A DNA stretch of 64,000 nt. Source: Adineta vaga (lineage: Eukaryota; Animalia; Rotifera). The translations under genes were made by a program, and so were the position numbers. Below are positions 1-11,620 of this stretch, one piece after another. The notes under the pieces were generated by a model. The model had not been told where the DNA came from, made no database searches, and saw only the letters and a list, made by a program, of their open reading frames with translations. Within the stretch, counting starts at the first letter, position 1; every line of letters starts with the position of its first letter. The stretch spans positions 1,860,001-1,924,000 of the forward strand of contig CP075495.1 of assembly GCA_021613535.1 (NCBI GenBank), in the 5' to 3' direction.

Positions 1-401
1 TCATTGCTTGATTTGACTTAAAGGAAATTTATGATTTAATTGATTTTACTTCACTTACTCATATACGAATGTCTGACCTTCATTCAACATTTTCTTTTTT
101 TTTCTTCATTGATTATGTATACAAACATTTACCATACGATAACATAGTAATTACTCGAAGGAGATATGAGCAATTAGAACAATTTTAATGTCCACATATA
201 TATCGAACTATTTCGAAAGACATTGTATCGCCATTAAGGTTATCAAATGTAGCAGAACTAAACATGGACATCAACGTCATCAAGAGAACAAAACATATAT
301 CTATGAACCCTCGAGATAGACAGACAAGGTTGATGAAGTTTTAGATTACATATGAATATTGATTGTAATAAAAAAAGAAAAGAAAAAGATGAACTAGACA
401 A

Positions 402-1493
402 TTAAAAGAAATTCTCGGAACATTCGTCAGTATATGTGTGAGAATAGGGTGACCATCGTGATGAAATTGAAAAAGCTGGAGCTTTTCGTAGAAGATTTTC
501 ATACTACAAGAAAAAATGATACTTTATTTTTCATACGATCGAATTTGATTTCATTCACTCCTTTATCTAATGTTCCTCTCTCAATCATAGCTGGTCCAGG
601 TCCTGATAATGCCAATTGTTTTTCACGATATCTTGGTGCGATAGTTACACCACGAGCAGTACATGTGTCTTTTCCGTCATTTTTTGTATTGATTATTGGA
701 TACATAGCTGGACCAGGAAGGGCTATTCCTGGTGATTTGTTAGCTGAAAAAATGTTTTCAATATGAAATTATATCGATAGAATATATACAAACATATAAG
801 ATTCAATCGATGATGAATTGTTGATACAGGAGCAGTGGGTAGACGAGAATCATATGTACGAGTACCAATTGTTGACCAAAATGATTTCATATCCGAAAGA
901 TTTCTTTTCTTTTCACTTGTATCGGCTTCATGTCGTTCACGTTTTAATGTAGAACCGATTAATGGATGCAAACGTACATGTGGTTGCCGTCTATAGATAT
1001 ATTCTTCTCCAATTCGATCGTAATTTTTATATTGTTGATAAGTTGTCGGTCCAGGTTCTGCGGAAAAAATGAAATATTTATACATTAAGAATCGATTCAT
1101 TTCAATACTTCGTTGTGATATTGATAAAGGTATTTTCGATGGATTGATTTTATGTGGAAGAAAAGATATGGGTAATTTTGTTCTGTCACTACCATTTCTT
1201 GTTAAATAACTTAAATCAGCATTAGTCGCTATTTTCGGATTGAATTTCACTTGTTCACTCTTTTCTGCAATACGTTGTTCCTTTCTTTCATATTGTGGGG
1301 TTACCAATGGTTGATTGGTTTTCCCACTGATACTTATTGCTGGTGCCCAATGAATACGAAGATCACGTAGACGACTTTCTGGACTACCATTTGTTGGCGG
1401 AATGCCAATAGTTGATGGAAGAAGAATTTTACCCGGTGATGGATTAAATTCATGACTTTTTTTCAATACTTTATCAATCTTTTTATTTGCCAT
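402..1493 (-). CDS. SHIPPO/PGP-repeat (ODF3/CIMAP1/STPG-like) axonemal protein, spliced
   Basis: ATG at 1493 (MANKKID). Repeated PGP motifs (NPSPGKILLPSTIG, EPGPTTY, LPGPAMY, SGPGPA). Last exon reads LLRKAPAFSISSRW...ENFF* (TAA 402-404), and APAFS is typical of SHIPPO repeats. Confidence 0.6.
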
Positions 1494-1826
1494 ATTGAAA
1501 TATTTACTAAGGCGCGAATATTTCGCCCGAATAGAAAAATACTTAGTGAGCTTCTTTTTCGTGTAGGTATGTCTTGATAATATTTTTATTTTTTTAACAA
1601 GAAAGAAACAACAAGATAGCACAGAAAAGAATGGACAATGACATGGACATACAGAAGGAAAATGAAGTGAGACAATTTCCATAGTACACATAACAATCTA
1701 CTACGAGCACATCAGCGAAATGAATTGAAGGAAAGTTTCTCTTTTTTTTACGAATATCCATTGAAATAAGACTTTGTTAATCTTAAAGAATACTTCTCAT
1801 TTGTTGTTCTTGGTTATACTAGTATC

Positions 1827-1950
1827 AAAAGAAGAAGAAGAAGAAGAAGAAAACGAAAACATTTAACAAATTTCCAGACTTCCATACACACAGGTTTTTG
1901 TTGGCAAGAAAGAAGAAGAAGAAGAAGAAGAAGAAGAAAAAACGAAAACA
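1827..1950. repeat. Two (GAA)n microsatellite units, each followed by AAAACGAAAACA, in the DDX39 3' region
   Basis: gaagaagaagaagaagaagaaaacgaaaaca near 1831-1861 and gaagaagaagaagaagaagaagaagaaaaaacgaaaaca near 1912-1950. Confidence 0.8.
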
Positions 1951-1994
1951 AAAATGTTGAGAAAATTGTCTTTCAACCAATACGATCGAATCAT

Positions 1995-3766
1995 TTAATG
2001 ATTTTCGACTAAAAAAAGACAAATAAAGATTTTTATTTCTTCAATAGCAACAAATAGAAATACATACTGTATGTTGTAACATCGATTTCATCGGGTAATT
2101 CAGTAATTTGAACATCGAAACGTTTTTGTACTTCATTAAGAACGGCTGCATCACTTTCATCAGCAACATATGTTATAGCTAAACCTTTCGTACCAAAACG
2201 GCCAGCACGAGCAACCTAGAAATAGAAATCATTCATGAAAGAATCGACTAATAGATATGATTGTTATCACTTACACGATGAAGATAAGTATCAGTGTTTT
2301 CCGGCATATCATAATTGAATACAATGTTAACACGTTCAATATCCATTCCTCGACCAAAAACATTTGTTGTAACAAGAATACGTGTTTGAAAATCCTTGAA
2401 TTCTTTATAACGATCCAAACTAAAGAAAAAAATTCATTTAAATTTTTACAAATTTCGACAATAAAAATGAACAACTAACCAATCGGCCTGTTTCATTCCA
2501 CGATGAATTTCTACTGCTGGAAAATTTTGATCAAGTAATAATTTACATAAAACCGAACAACGTGCGATAGATTTAACAAAAATGACTACTTGATTAAATT
2601 CCAATTTATCAAGTAAATCAATTAATTTACGATTCTTTTCATTTTCACGTAATTTTACATAATGTTGACGAAGACCCTATTGCAACAAAAGAAGAACAAC
2701 CATTCATTTATATCTTTTCGAGATGTGAATTGACTTACATGTAATGTTAATTTCGTTTCATCATCAATATAAATTTCCATTGGCTAGGAAAGAAAAAAAC
2801 ACAAGCAATTCAATCGTTCGAAGAAAAAAAAACCGATTCTTTCTTACATCTTGCATAAATTTTTTACAAATCGGTCGAATATCTTTGTTTAATGTTGCAC
2901 TAAACATTAACACTTGTTTTTCATGTGGTGTTGCTTTTAAAATTTCTTGAACATCCCGACGCATGTCTACAAAATAAAAGATAATTTTTCTAGTCTTGTT
3001 TTTCTTAGTTCGAAATGAAACTTACTCAATATTTCAAGAACTTTGTCACATTCATCGATGACAAAATGTTTTACATGACGTAAATTTAAAACTTTACTTT
3101 TTGATAAAGCTGCAATTCGACCAGGTGTACCGACAACAATATGTGGACAACGTTTTTTCAATGTATCTTCATCACCTTTAACTTCTAAACCACCAAAAAA
3201 GACGGCAACATTTACTCCAGTCATATACTTGCTAAATCGTTCATATTCTCGACTAATTTGAAATGCTAATTCACGCGTATGACAAAGAACAATGACAGAA
3301 ACCTAAAAATTCAAATCAAATTAAAAAAACATGTCTTTATTTTCTTTTTCCCAAAGATTTTACTTGTCCATCAACAGGTTCAAGTTGTTGAAGTGTTGCA
3401 AGAACAAATACTGCTGTCTTTCCCATACCCGATTTGGCTTGACATAGAATATCTGTACCAAGAATAGCCTGTGGAATCGATTCATGTTGAACTTAAATTA
3501 AACATCATGTCTTTAACTAAGACGAAAAGAAATAAAATAGAGATACCTTCAGATGGATGTTCAAAACCACAATCCATAATTGCACGTAATAATTCAGGTT
3601 TAAGAAGAAAATCTTTAAACCCACTGGCATGCATTGAAACATATGAACCTTTGATAGTTCCACTTTTTGTACCATTTGAACCGGCATTTGTTCCACTTTT
3701 AGTTCCTATTTGTTGTGGTGTATCATCTGTTTCTTCATAATCCAAAAGCTCGTGTTCTTCTGCCAT
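1995..3766 (-). CDS. DDX39B: DECD-box RNA helicase UAP56/DDX39 (mRNA export), multi-exon
   Basis: [68 protein letters not shown]; last micro-exon IENH* (TAA 1995-1997). Confidence 0.95.
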
Positions 3767-4523
3767 TTTGTTAATATATTTAATCTGAAATTGAATATGA
3801 TTTGTCTAAACATCATTTTAATCTAGAAGAACAGAAAAACCAAACACATCAATAGATGTAATTCAAATATTCGTATGTATATATATATATATTAGTTTTT
3901 CTTTCTCTTAAATAAAGATAATAGAAAAAAAACCAAATAAGCAACAAAGACAAAAAAAAGAAAACAAAACATCATCATTCGTGTATTATCATTGACAGAG
4001 AAAGAGAAAGAGAGAAATTCATGTACACGAGAAAAAAAAGAGAATATATTTATATTCACTGTTATTTCTTATACATACGTATGCATTGAACATTCATTTT
4101 TTTGAAAAAGAAAAACGAATGTTTTGCCTAAAAACAGATAGATTACGCACACACACACACGCACACACAAATGCATTAAGTATAGAAAAAAAGGAAAGAA
4201 AAAAAGAAAAGAAAAATGTCGAAGTAGAAGAGAAGATTGAATCGATGGTTGTTCTAATCTCACAGACAGATCTTTGGAATGCGTGTGGAGAGAAACATAC
4301 AGATGTTATTCCATAGGATCAATGTACAAAAGAGAAGAGAAAAGTGTGAGAAGTATATGAAATGAAGAACTAGACTAATGAGATAGAAAAGCTTTTGTGT
4401 TTTTTTTACAAGGAAGAAATTCTAAAAAAAATGCATTAGCTTTCTTTTCATCGTTTCTCTTTCGTTTCAAATGAGAATATCAAAGAGATTGATTATCGTA
4501 ATTGTCGAAGCATTGTTTTCATT

Positions 4524-7179
4524 TTATGATGCTGTCGCAATTGTTTGTTGAGGTGTGGCTGGTGGTGTATGCGGTTCTTGTTTCTTTTCTGCTATACCTG
4601 AATTTGCCGATGAGGCAGAAGAGTTAATCGCATTCGTAGTGGAACCATTCCAAGAAGAATTTGTCGGTGTTGTCGGTGGATTAGTTGTCGGAGCAGCTGG
4701 AGTAGAAGGATTCTAAAGAAAGAAACGATATTTCAAATGATGTTACGGATATGTTCAAGTAATTTCTTTAGAGATAAAAGGTTCGGTTCAATCAAACAAA
4801 CCTGGTTATGATTTGTTGAAGATGGTGTTGGCGGAGAACTCGAAGAATTATTTATTGTTGATATATTTCCTGATAGTGAAACATTGGATGCTGTAGAGTT
4901 TCGTTTTCCTCCAGTTGTTGAATCTCCATTAATTGGTGTTGAAGGAGGCGGGAAGACATTGGAATTAGCATTCGGAGTTGGTGGACCACCACCACCCGTC
5001 GAAAACATTGATGGTAATGGTTGCTGTTGTTGCTGAGGTGATCCAGGAAATGACATTTGTTCTCTTTTCATTTGATTCGGATGAATAAGTGGAGAATTCG
5101 ATACGAATTGTTGTTTTTGATGAAGTAATGATTGAAGATTTGGATTCTGTTGTTGTTGTTGTTGTTGTTGTGGCGGCGGCGGAGGGAATCCTGGTGGCAT
5201 TTGATGTGGCGGAGAAAGATATTGTGGTGGCTGATGACTAGATGCAATTGTATTTGGATCATATTGGCTATTTTCGAGTCGAGTTATATATCGTTCATCT
5301 TCATCATCCATTTCACCGCCCATTAATGATGGTTCACCAACAATCATGACATCCTAGGAAAAAAAAGATATTATTTTATTCGATCCCATTTATACAAAAG
5401 AAAAACAACTAAAATCGTTCATTCTTACCCCAGGCATACTATTCATTGTCGGAGTCGTCGCTCCTTGAGAGTAAACTGTGTTTGCTGGTGAACGTTTCTT
5501 TGTTGGTGTTGGTATTGGCGAATGACTGATATTACCATCTTTAGATGTTGAAATATTAGTAGAATTATTATTTCCTGGTGTAGTAGGATTATTTGTTGCC
5601 GTTGATTTTCTTTTCCGTCGTGGTTTTGCTGGTGGTCGTGTGTCTAAAATAAAAAGATTTCAAGATTATAGTTTATGTAATTTGTCTAAAGTAGAGATAA
5701 TATTTAAGAATTTTCTGTGTTGAGCGCAGCAATTAAGTGAAAGCGTGTAGTTTTGAATACCTGATACTAGAACTGTTTGAGATGGTAATGTTGATTGAAA
5801 TGAAGGACTCAGAGGAAATTCTGAATAAAATTTAAAAATTTGTTTGTTTCAATCAAAACGATAGATTTTATTTTATTTTTTGTTTATCAAAAAAATTTCA
5901 ATTTTATTGAAAATTTTTTACCTGAACAAGTTTTTGACCAACGTTGATGTAATATTGTTTTCAAACAATCACGCGGAGAAAATGAGGTTGCTTTATGACG
6001 TGACATTAATTCTTGCATTGGTTCAATAATTTCACATAACTAGAAGAATCATATGAATAAATATGAAACGAATAAGAGAAATCGATTTCTTACCCTGAGA
6101 AAATTTAACATTACAGATGTTAAACCACTCCGCGTTAAATTTTTCGATAATTGATCAAGATAAGTTGGATTATCAGTCTAAAATTAATAATTATCAAAGT
6201 CGTCTCAATTGATCGTTTCATAGAAAACAACATACCGGTATGGCAACAATACTGCGTGGAATTAATTCTCGAAATTGTTTTATTGCAAAATGCCAAGATT
6301 TAATACGCATTAGATCATCAAAGATATATTCAAGAATCAAATGTCCGTCCGTACAAACCTAAATGAAACATGAATTTTCTATCGTTTGATTCATTGAATA
6401 TTTTACTCACTTTAATATGTGGAGGTTTTCCAAAACAAGTGATCATAGATGCTTGTTCACAATCAAGTGATAAAATGGGACTATGAAAGATTTCTTTCGT
6501 CTGTTTTAATTGAAAATATACTTCATTAACACCACCATCGAATAGTGTACGGAAAAAACGTGGAATTAAAACACGACCAATACCTTTTGTTTTTGTTGAA
6601 TGAGAAAATCATTGAATTTTTATGCAAAGAAACAAGTTAATACATACTGAAACGTTTAGGTCCATCTTCTAAACAAATTGATATGGTTAATGTTGCATCT
6701 TCTTCAAAAAATTCATTAACAAATCCATCCCACCATTGACTATCAGATTCCTGAAATATCAATTGATATTTTCTAATATTATTCAATAAGATGAAATTCT
6801 TACTTCTGGTCTCATTGATAAACGTTTATTTAAATCATGCATACGATATTCCGGTGAAGGAGGTGGTGGTGGAGGTAATGATGGTCGAAATTGTCGCATA
6901 TGTTGTGGACTAATAAGAAAAATAGATATTCGTAAAACAATCTTTAATTGAAGAAATTTCTTACGGAAAATGTAGATCACGTGGTGACATGAGTGGTATT
7001 CGCCCAGTATTTACTCCCGGATGATGATGATGAGGAGGTAGTGGTGGTGGATGAATTAGATGACTTGGTGCTTGTTGAATTTGTGTTGGTGGTTGTGAAC
7101 CAGGAGGTGGTGGACCTTGCCAAACTCCACCAGCACCGGGTGAGTCAACAAGACCAGGTTGGAATCCACTTGGATCCAC
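4524..7179 (-). CDS. LDB: LIM-domain-binding protein (LDB1/2, Chip), multi-exon; start codon uncertain (GUG 7179 or ATG 6990)
   Basis: EYRMHDLNKRL, QWWDGFVNEFFEEDA, LIPRFFRTLFDGGV, RIKSWHFAIKQFRELIPRS, LCEIIEPMQELMSRHK, and the LIM-interaction domain DVMIVGEPSLMGGEMDDEDERYITRLEN. Confidence 0.92.
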
Positions 7180-7811
7180 TTTTGATCTAAAACAAGAATG
7201 AATAAAAATGATTTTTTTAAATAAATTCTACTAACCGATTTCGATTTTTAGCCACGAGAATATCAATACTATAAAAGATCTTTGTATTCTCTTCCTAAGT
7301 TTCGTCAATACCGTGAACAGGCACCATTCGATAAAAGAAAAAGAGAATTAATCTAAAATAAATCTCGATCATGATATTCTTCTATAATTTCTCTCATCAA
7401 ACTTTTTTCAAAAAGGAACAATTTGAAATTAAACTTTTATTCTTTCTTTCTTTCTTTCTTCTTTGTTATTACTACATATCCTAGTCAAAGCAATATCATA
7501 TGTATAAACCGAGATGTCTATCGCCATTTTGCTCGAGTGTCATTTGTCTGTCCTCTCTCTAACCTCTTCTCTTTTATTTCTTTCTTTTTTTTTCTCACCA
7601 ATAAGAAAAGACATTCAATTAACATAATTTTATTTATTTATTTCGAAAACTAAATCTTTCAATCGACTTTTTACAATAAAAATCATAATTATTTTCTTCT
7701 TTTATTTCCAACTTACAGATTTTTATTTTGTCTTCTGATAGATGTCGCTAAGCATGACATCATTCTCTTCTTTTCTACTGAAATTTCAATATTAATCAAA
7801 CTAAATAGAAA

Positions 7812-8300
7812 ATGGCTGACGAAAGTGAACAAGTAAATGTTTAATTTGAAGTATTTTTATTGATTGATTTATTTATTTTATATCTGTAGGGAAATACAAC
7901 AACACCAACATTAGTTGAAGAGCCACTTGATCTTGTTCGATTGAGTCTTGATGAAAAAGTCTGTGTAAAAATGCGTAATGAACGAGAATTACGTGGTCGT
8001 CTTCATGTAAGATTAGGAAAATTTTCTATCGCATGATATTCATTGACTTTGTTTTTAGGCATTTGATCAACATTTAAATATGATCTTAGGTGAAGTTGAA
8101 GAAACAATTACAACAATTGAAATTGATGAAGAAACATTCGAACAAATTTATCAAGTAAATTCAAATCATATTTGAAAATATCGAAAATACTTTACCTTAC
8201 ATTTGTCTTTGTTTTTCAGCCAAAAAAACGACAAATTCCGATGTTATTTGTACGTGGTGATGGAGTCATTTTGATTTCACCATTGGCGAAACAATCATGA
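7812..8300 (+). CDS. LSM3: U6 snRNA-associated Sm-like protein LSm3 (4 exons; absent from the ORF track)
   Basis: Spliced translation [104 protein letters not shown]; all introns GT-AG. Confidence 0.93.
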
Positions 8301-8596
8301 TTTTTTCAAATAGGCTTTTTTCTTCTTCTTTGAATGTGATGAACAGATATGATGATTCCAAAACAAAAAACAAAAAAGATCTTTTTTTTTACTATTTCTC
8401 AAAACAAAGTCATCATCTACTAGTAAAGTCAAGAAAATATATAAAATCATTACGTTAAATATAGAATTCATTGTTTAATCTGTAAAAAGAATTGTGAATG
8501 AATTGGGTGATTCTACTGGAAATCAATCGTATTGAAAAAATAACGATTATTATTATTTCGAGTGAACAAAACATTTCTTGTTAAAATCGAAAAGTT

Positions 8597-10122
8597 CTAT
8601 TTCGTTGAAACTAGAAGGAAACATATCATTGAAGCGATGGAGACAATAGTTGGTGATGAAATGCAACTATTAGATTTTCTTATTTTGACTTTTTTTCGTT
8701 TCAGTCGAGTTGATTTTGAATGAATAGTGGTAGTTGTCGACGTAATCTATTTGTATCAGTAGTGAAACTATGGAACTCATATCTGTTGATACGTTGAGAA
8801 ACTTACAGTGTTTGTTATATGTGATTCTTTGGTAGTCGTTAATGTATCAAATATAGCAATAGTATCTTCCTTGAATGGATTCAATATTGTACGATATTTT
8901 TCAAAGATTCATCATTTACTGAGATAAGTACTGAAGTGTCTAAATTCTGATGAGGTTTATTTTTATTGGATACTTGGTTGATGAATGTTGTAGGTGTAAT
9001 GACTAAGATCGATTGTACACTTGAACTCGTTGTCTCGGTTGTCGTTGAAAGCAATTCAACAGGAAACGTTGTTGTTATAATCTAATGAAAAACCTAAGAC
9101 AATGTTCAAACCATGTACTAGAATTTCTATTATACATTCGTATCATTTCGTTTCAACAATGGTATCATTGTATTAGTATTTATTGAATTATCGTTGTATG
9201 TAGTAGAATCCTTTTCTTCTGTACTGATGGTAGTAGTAGACATTTGATTGTCAATCTATGAATTAGAATGATTGAATTGTATTCTATGGTTATTTAAAGA
9301 AATGTATCGTATAGAATATGACTGCTACTAATTGCTAGTGAAATTGTTTGTATTGTAGATAATTAGATATGAAAATGTATACTTACTGTATAAGTACTTG
9401 TTATGAATTGATCAACAGTGTTTGAACTAATTGAATCATTTGTGACAACTAAAGAATTCATGTCTGCTATCGATTCATTACTGTCTAACATGTTCTTTTT
9501 TTCAGTGGGTGCAGACGAGAATTTAACAGATGGATTCGTAATATAGTTGATGTTGTCTGTTTCTGTTTGTGCTGTGTTTATTGTGTTTTTTAGCATCTTA
9601 AACAACGAATAACTGATGTTAGGTGATAAAATATTCGTTGGGCAAAAAAAATGATTGCCTATCTCATTAATGCTATCAACAATGATCGGGTAACCAATGA
9701 ACACAAATCTATATAAACTAAAGGAAATGAATTTTTTATATATTTACAGAAATTTGCTTTTCATCAACATTTGTTTCACTTATAAGCTTTTCAAAATTGT
9801 CATTCGACGTCATCATAGTAGCAGCTAGATTTAATATAAAATGTGAATATTCTTTAAATTGTTCTTTTTGATCTTCATCAAGTGAACATGCCATAAAAAC
9901 TGTATAGCCATTGTTATCCTTCATGTTACACATAGAAAAGGTAAGTAGACATGATTGTTTACAATCATTACAATCATGAACATAAATAAGTGATTCATTG
10001 ATCGGTCGTGAGCAGAAATTCGATGAGCAACAATTACATACGCAATTATATTGATAAACTTGCTCGTTTAATAACTGTTCGAAAGTAAATGGCAAAAGAA
10101 GAAGAATGAGATAATTAAACAT
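8597..10122 (-). pseudogene. Secreted Cys-rich plus Ser/Thr-rich mucin-like gene with an apparently disrupted frame
   Basis: Signal peptide MFNYLILLLLPF and a CVCNCC-containing Cys-rich domain. T/S-rich segments follow and switch reading frame several times (stops near 8880 and 8780), ending in a hydrophobic tail IVSIASMICFLLVSTK*. Confidence 0.45.
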
Positions 10123-10324
10123 GAAATAAGAAGAATAAAGTATCGTTTGATATCAAAGCAAAATAGAAAAGAAATGAAGTTTCTAAGGTAACTGTAGCAG
10201 AATATGTTTTCATTGTCACTTTTTATTTCTTTTGATGACAATATTAGATCAAAGCATATAAATACTGTAATAGAAACTATAGTAGTCAAGAATTTCTATT
10301 CGAAATGATTGTACGATTCAGAAA

Positions 10325-11589
10325 TTATGTTGGTGTTCGTTGACGTGTTGTTATCGTTGGTAGGACAAGTCGACTTTTTGGTGGAACAGAAGGTTTAGGT
10401 TGTAAATCATCTTTTGTATTTGGAAAGTAATCATCAAAAACAATAGGTTTCATTTGACAATTTGTATTGACAGCTACTTCATCAACATCCTAGTTTATGA
10501 GATGAAAATTGATTTGTTCAATAATATGAATGAATAGTTTCTTTCTTACTTGAGTGGAGAGTAATGCGAATGGAGTGAAACAGACACCACCTTTAGCTAA
10601 ATGACGATTATCAATATCTTTAAAACGATGACGTCGTTCTTGTCGAGTTAATTTTTGTTGATGTAATTCTCGTTCGACGGTAACACCGAGTCCAACAGAC
10701 GACTACAGAGGAATTTGATAAGAATTTTAGTAATCTAAGCAATAAAAATCTGCTTACTGCTGATGTTGCTGGGCTCTCTCCTGGAGATGGAACTGCTTCC
10801 GATGGTCGACGTATCTAACATGAGAAGATATATATATATATATATGAGTAGAATTAATGCTGCGATGGAACTATACTTTTGCTGGTTGATTGATAATAGG
10901 AGGTAAATTTTGATCATTTTTATCATCTGCACTGACAGTTATTTCAGGAATTGGTAGATTTGTTTTATTGTTCGTTGTTGGTTTTGTCTCTACTGAGAAT
11001 ATCAAAAAACAATTTTAATTTTATAATCTAACTCATGTCAATTTCTACAGACCATTCGGAATTGTTTCACGATTTTCAATACTTTCTTCTTCATGTTCAT
11101 CGTCATTCGTCTCTTTCGAAGTAAATAATCCTTCAATATCCCACAATTGTTTCTGTCCAAAAATTCCTAATTGTTCACCATGAATTGTCCACAATCGTGC
11201 TGTATGATCAGTTGATGCTGTTATGATAAAATCACCTTGTCCCTTATAATCTGTCCATTCACAAAATATAATTGGTGTCTCATGTGCTTGCCAAGAGTGA
11301 ACAAGTGGTGGTGTTTTCGAATCGAATGGAATCGGTGCTGCTAATGTACAACAATAATCTTGTATATTCCAAATACGTATTTCACCGAGTGTATCGCCAC
11401 AAATTAAATATCGATTTGTTGCATCACTTGCCATCGCTAAGATTGATTCACCTGGTTTCGATGGTCCATAAAACATTCCCATATCTTTTCGTTCACTATA
11501 AAGTGACCAACAATGAAGATTACCAGCTTCACTAGATAACAATGTACCTATTGGATTTTTGAAGAGAAAGAATTACGAATTGTACGAGA

Positions 11590-11620
<31 letters not shown>

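Noticed and set aside
4069-4316. Short ORFs between DDX39 and LDB (similar ones at 7423-7653, 15093-15389 and 36613-36840)
   Set aside because: Low-complexity poly-A/T UTR or promoter sequence translating to Phe/Lys runs.
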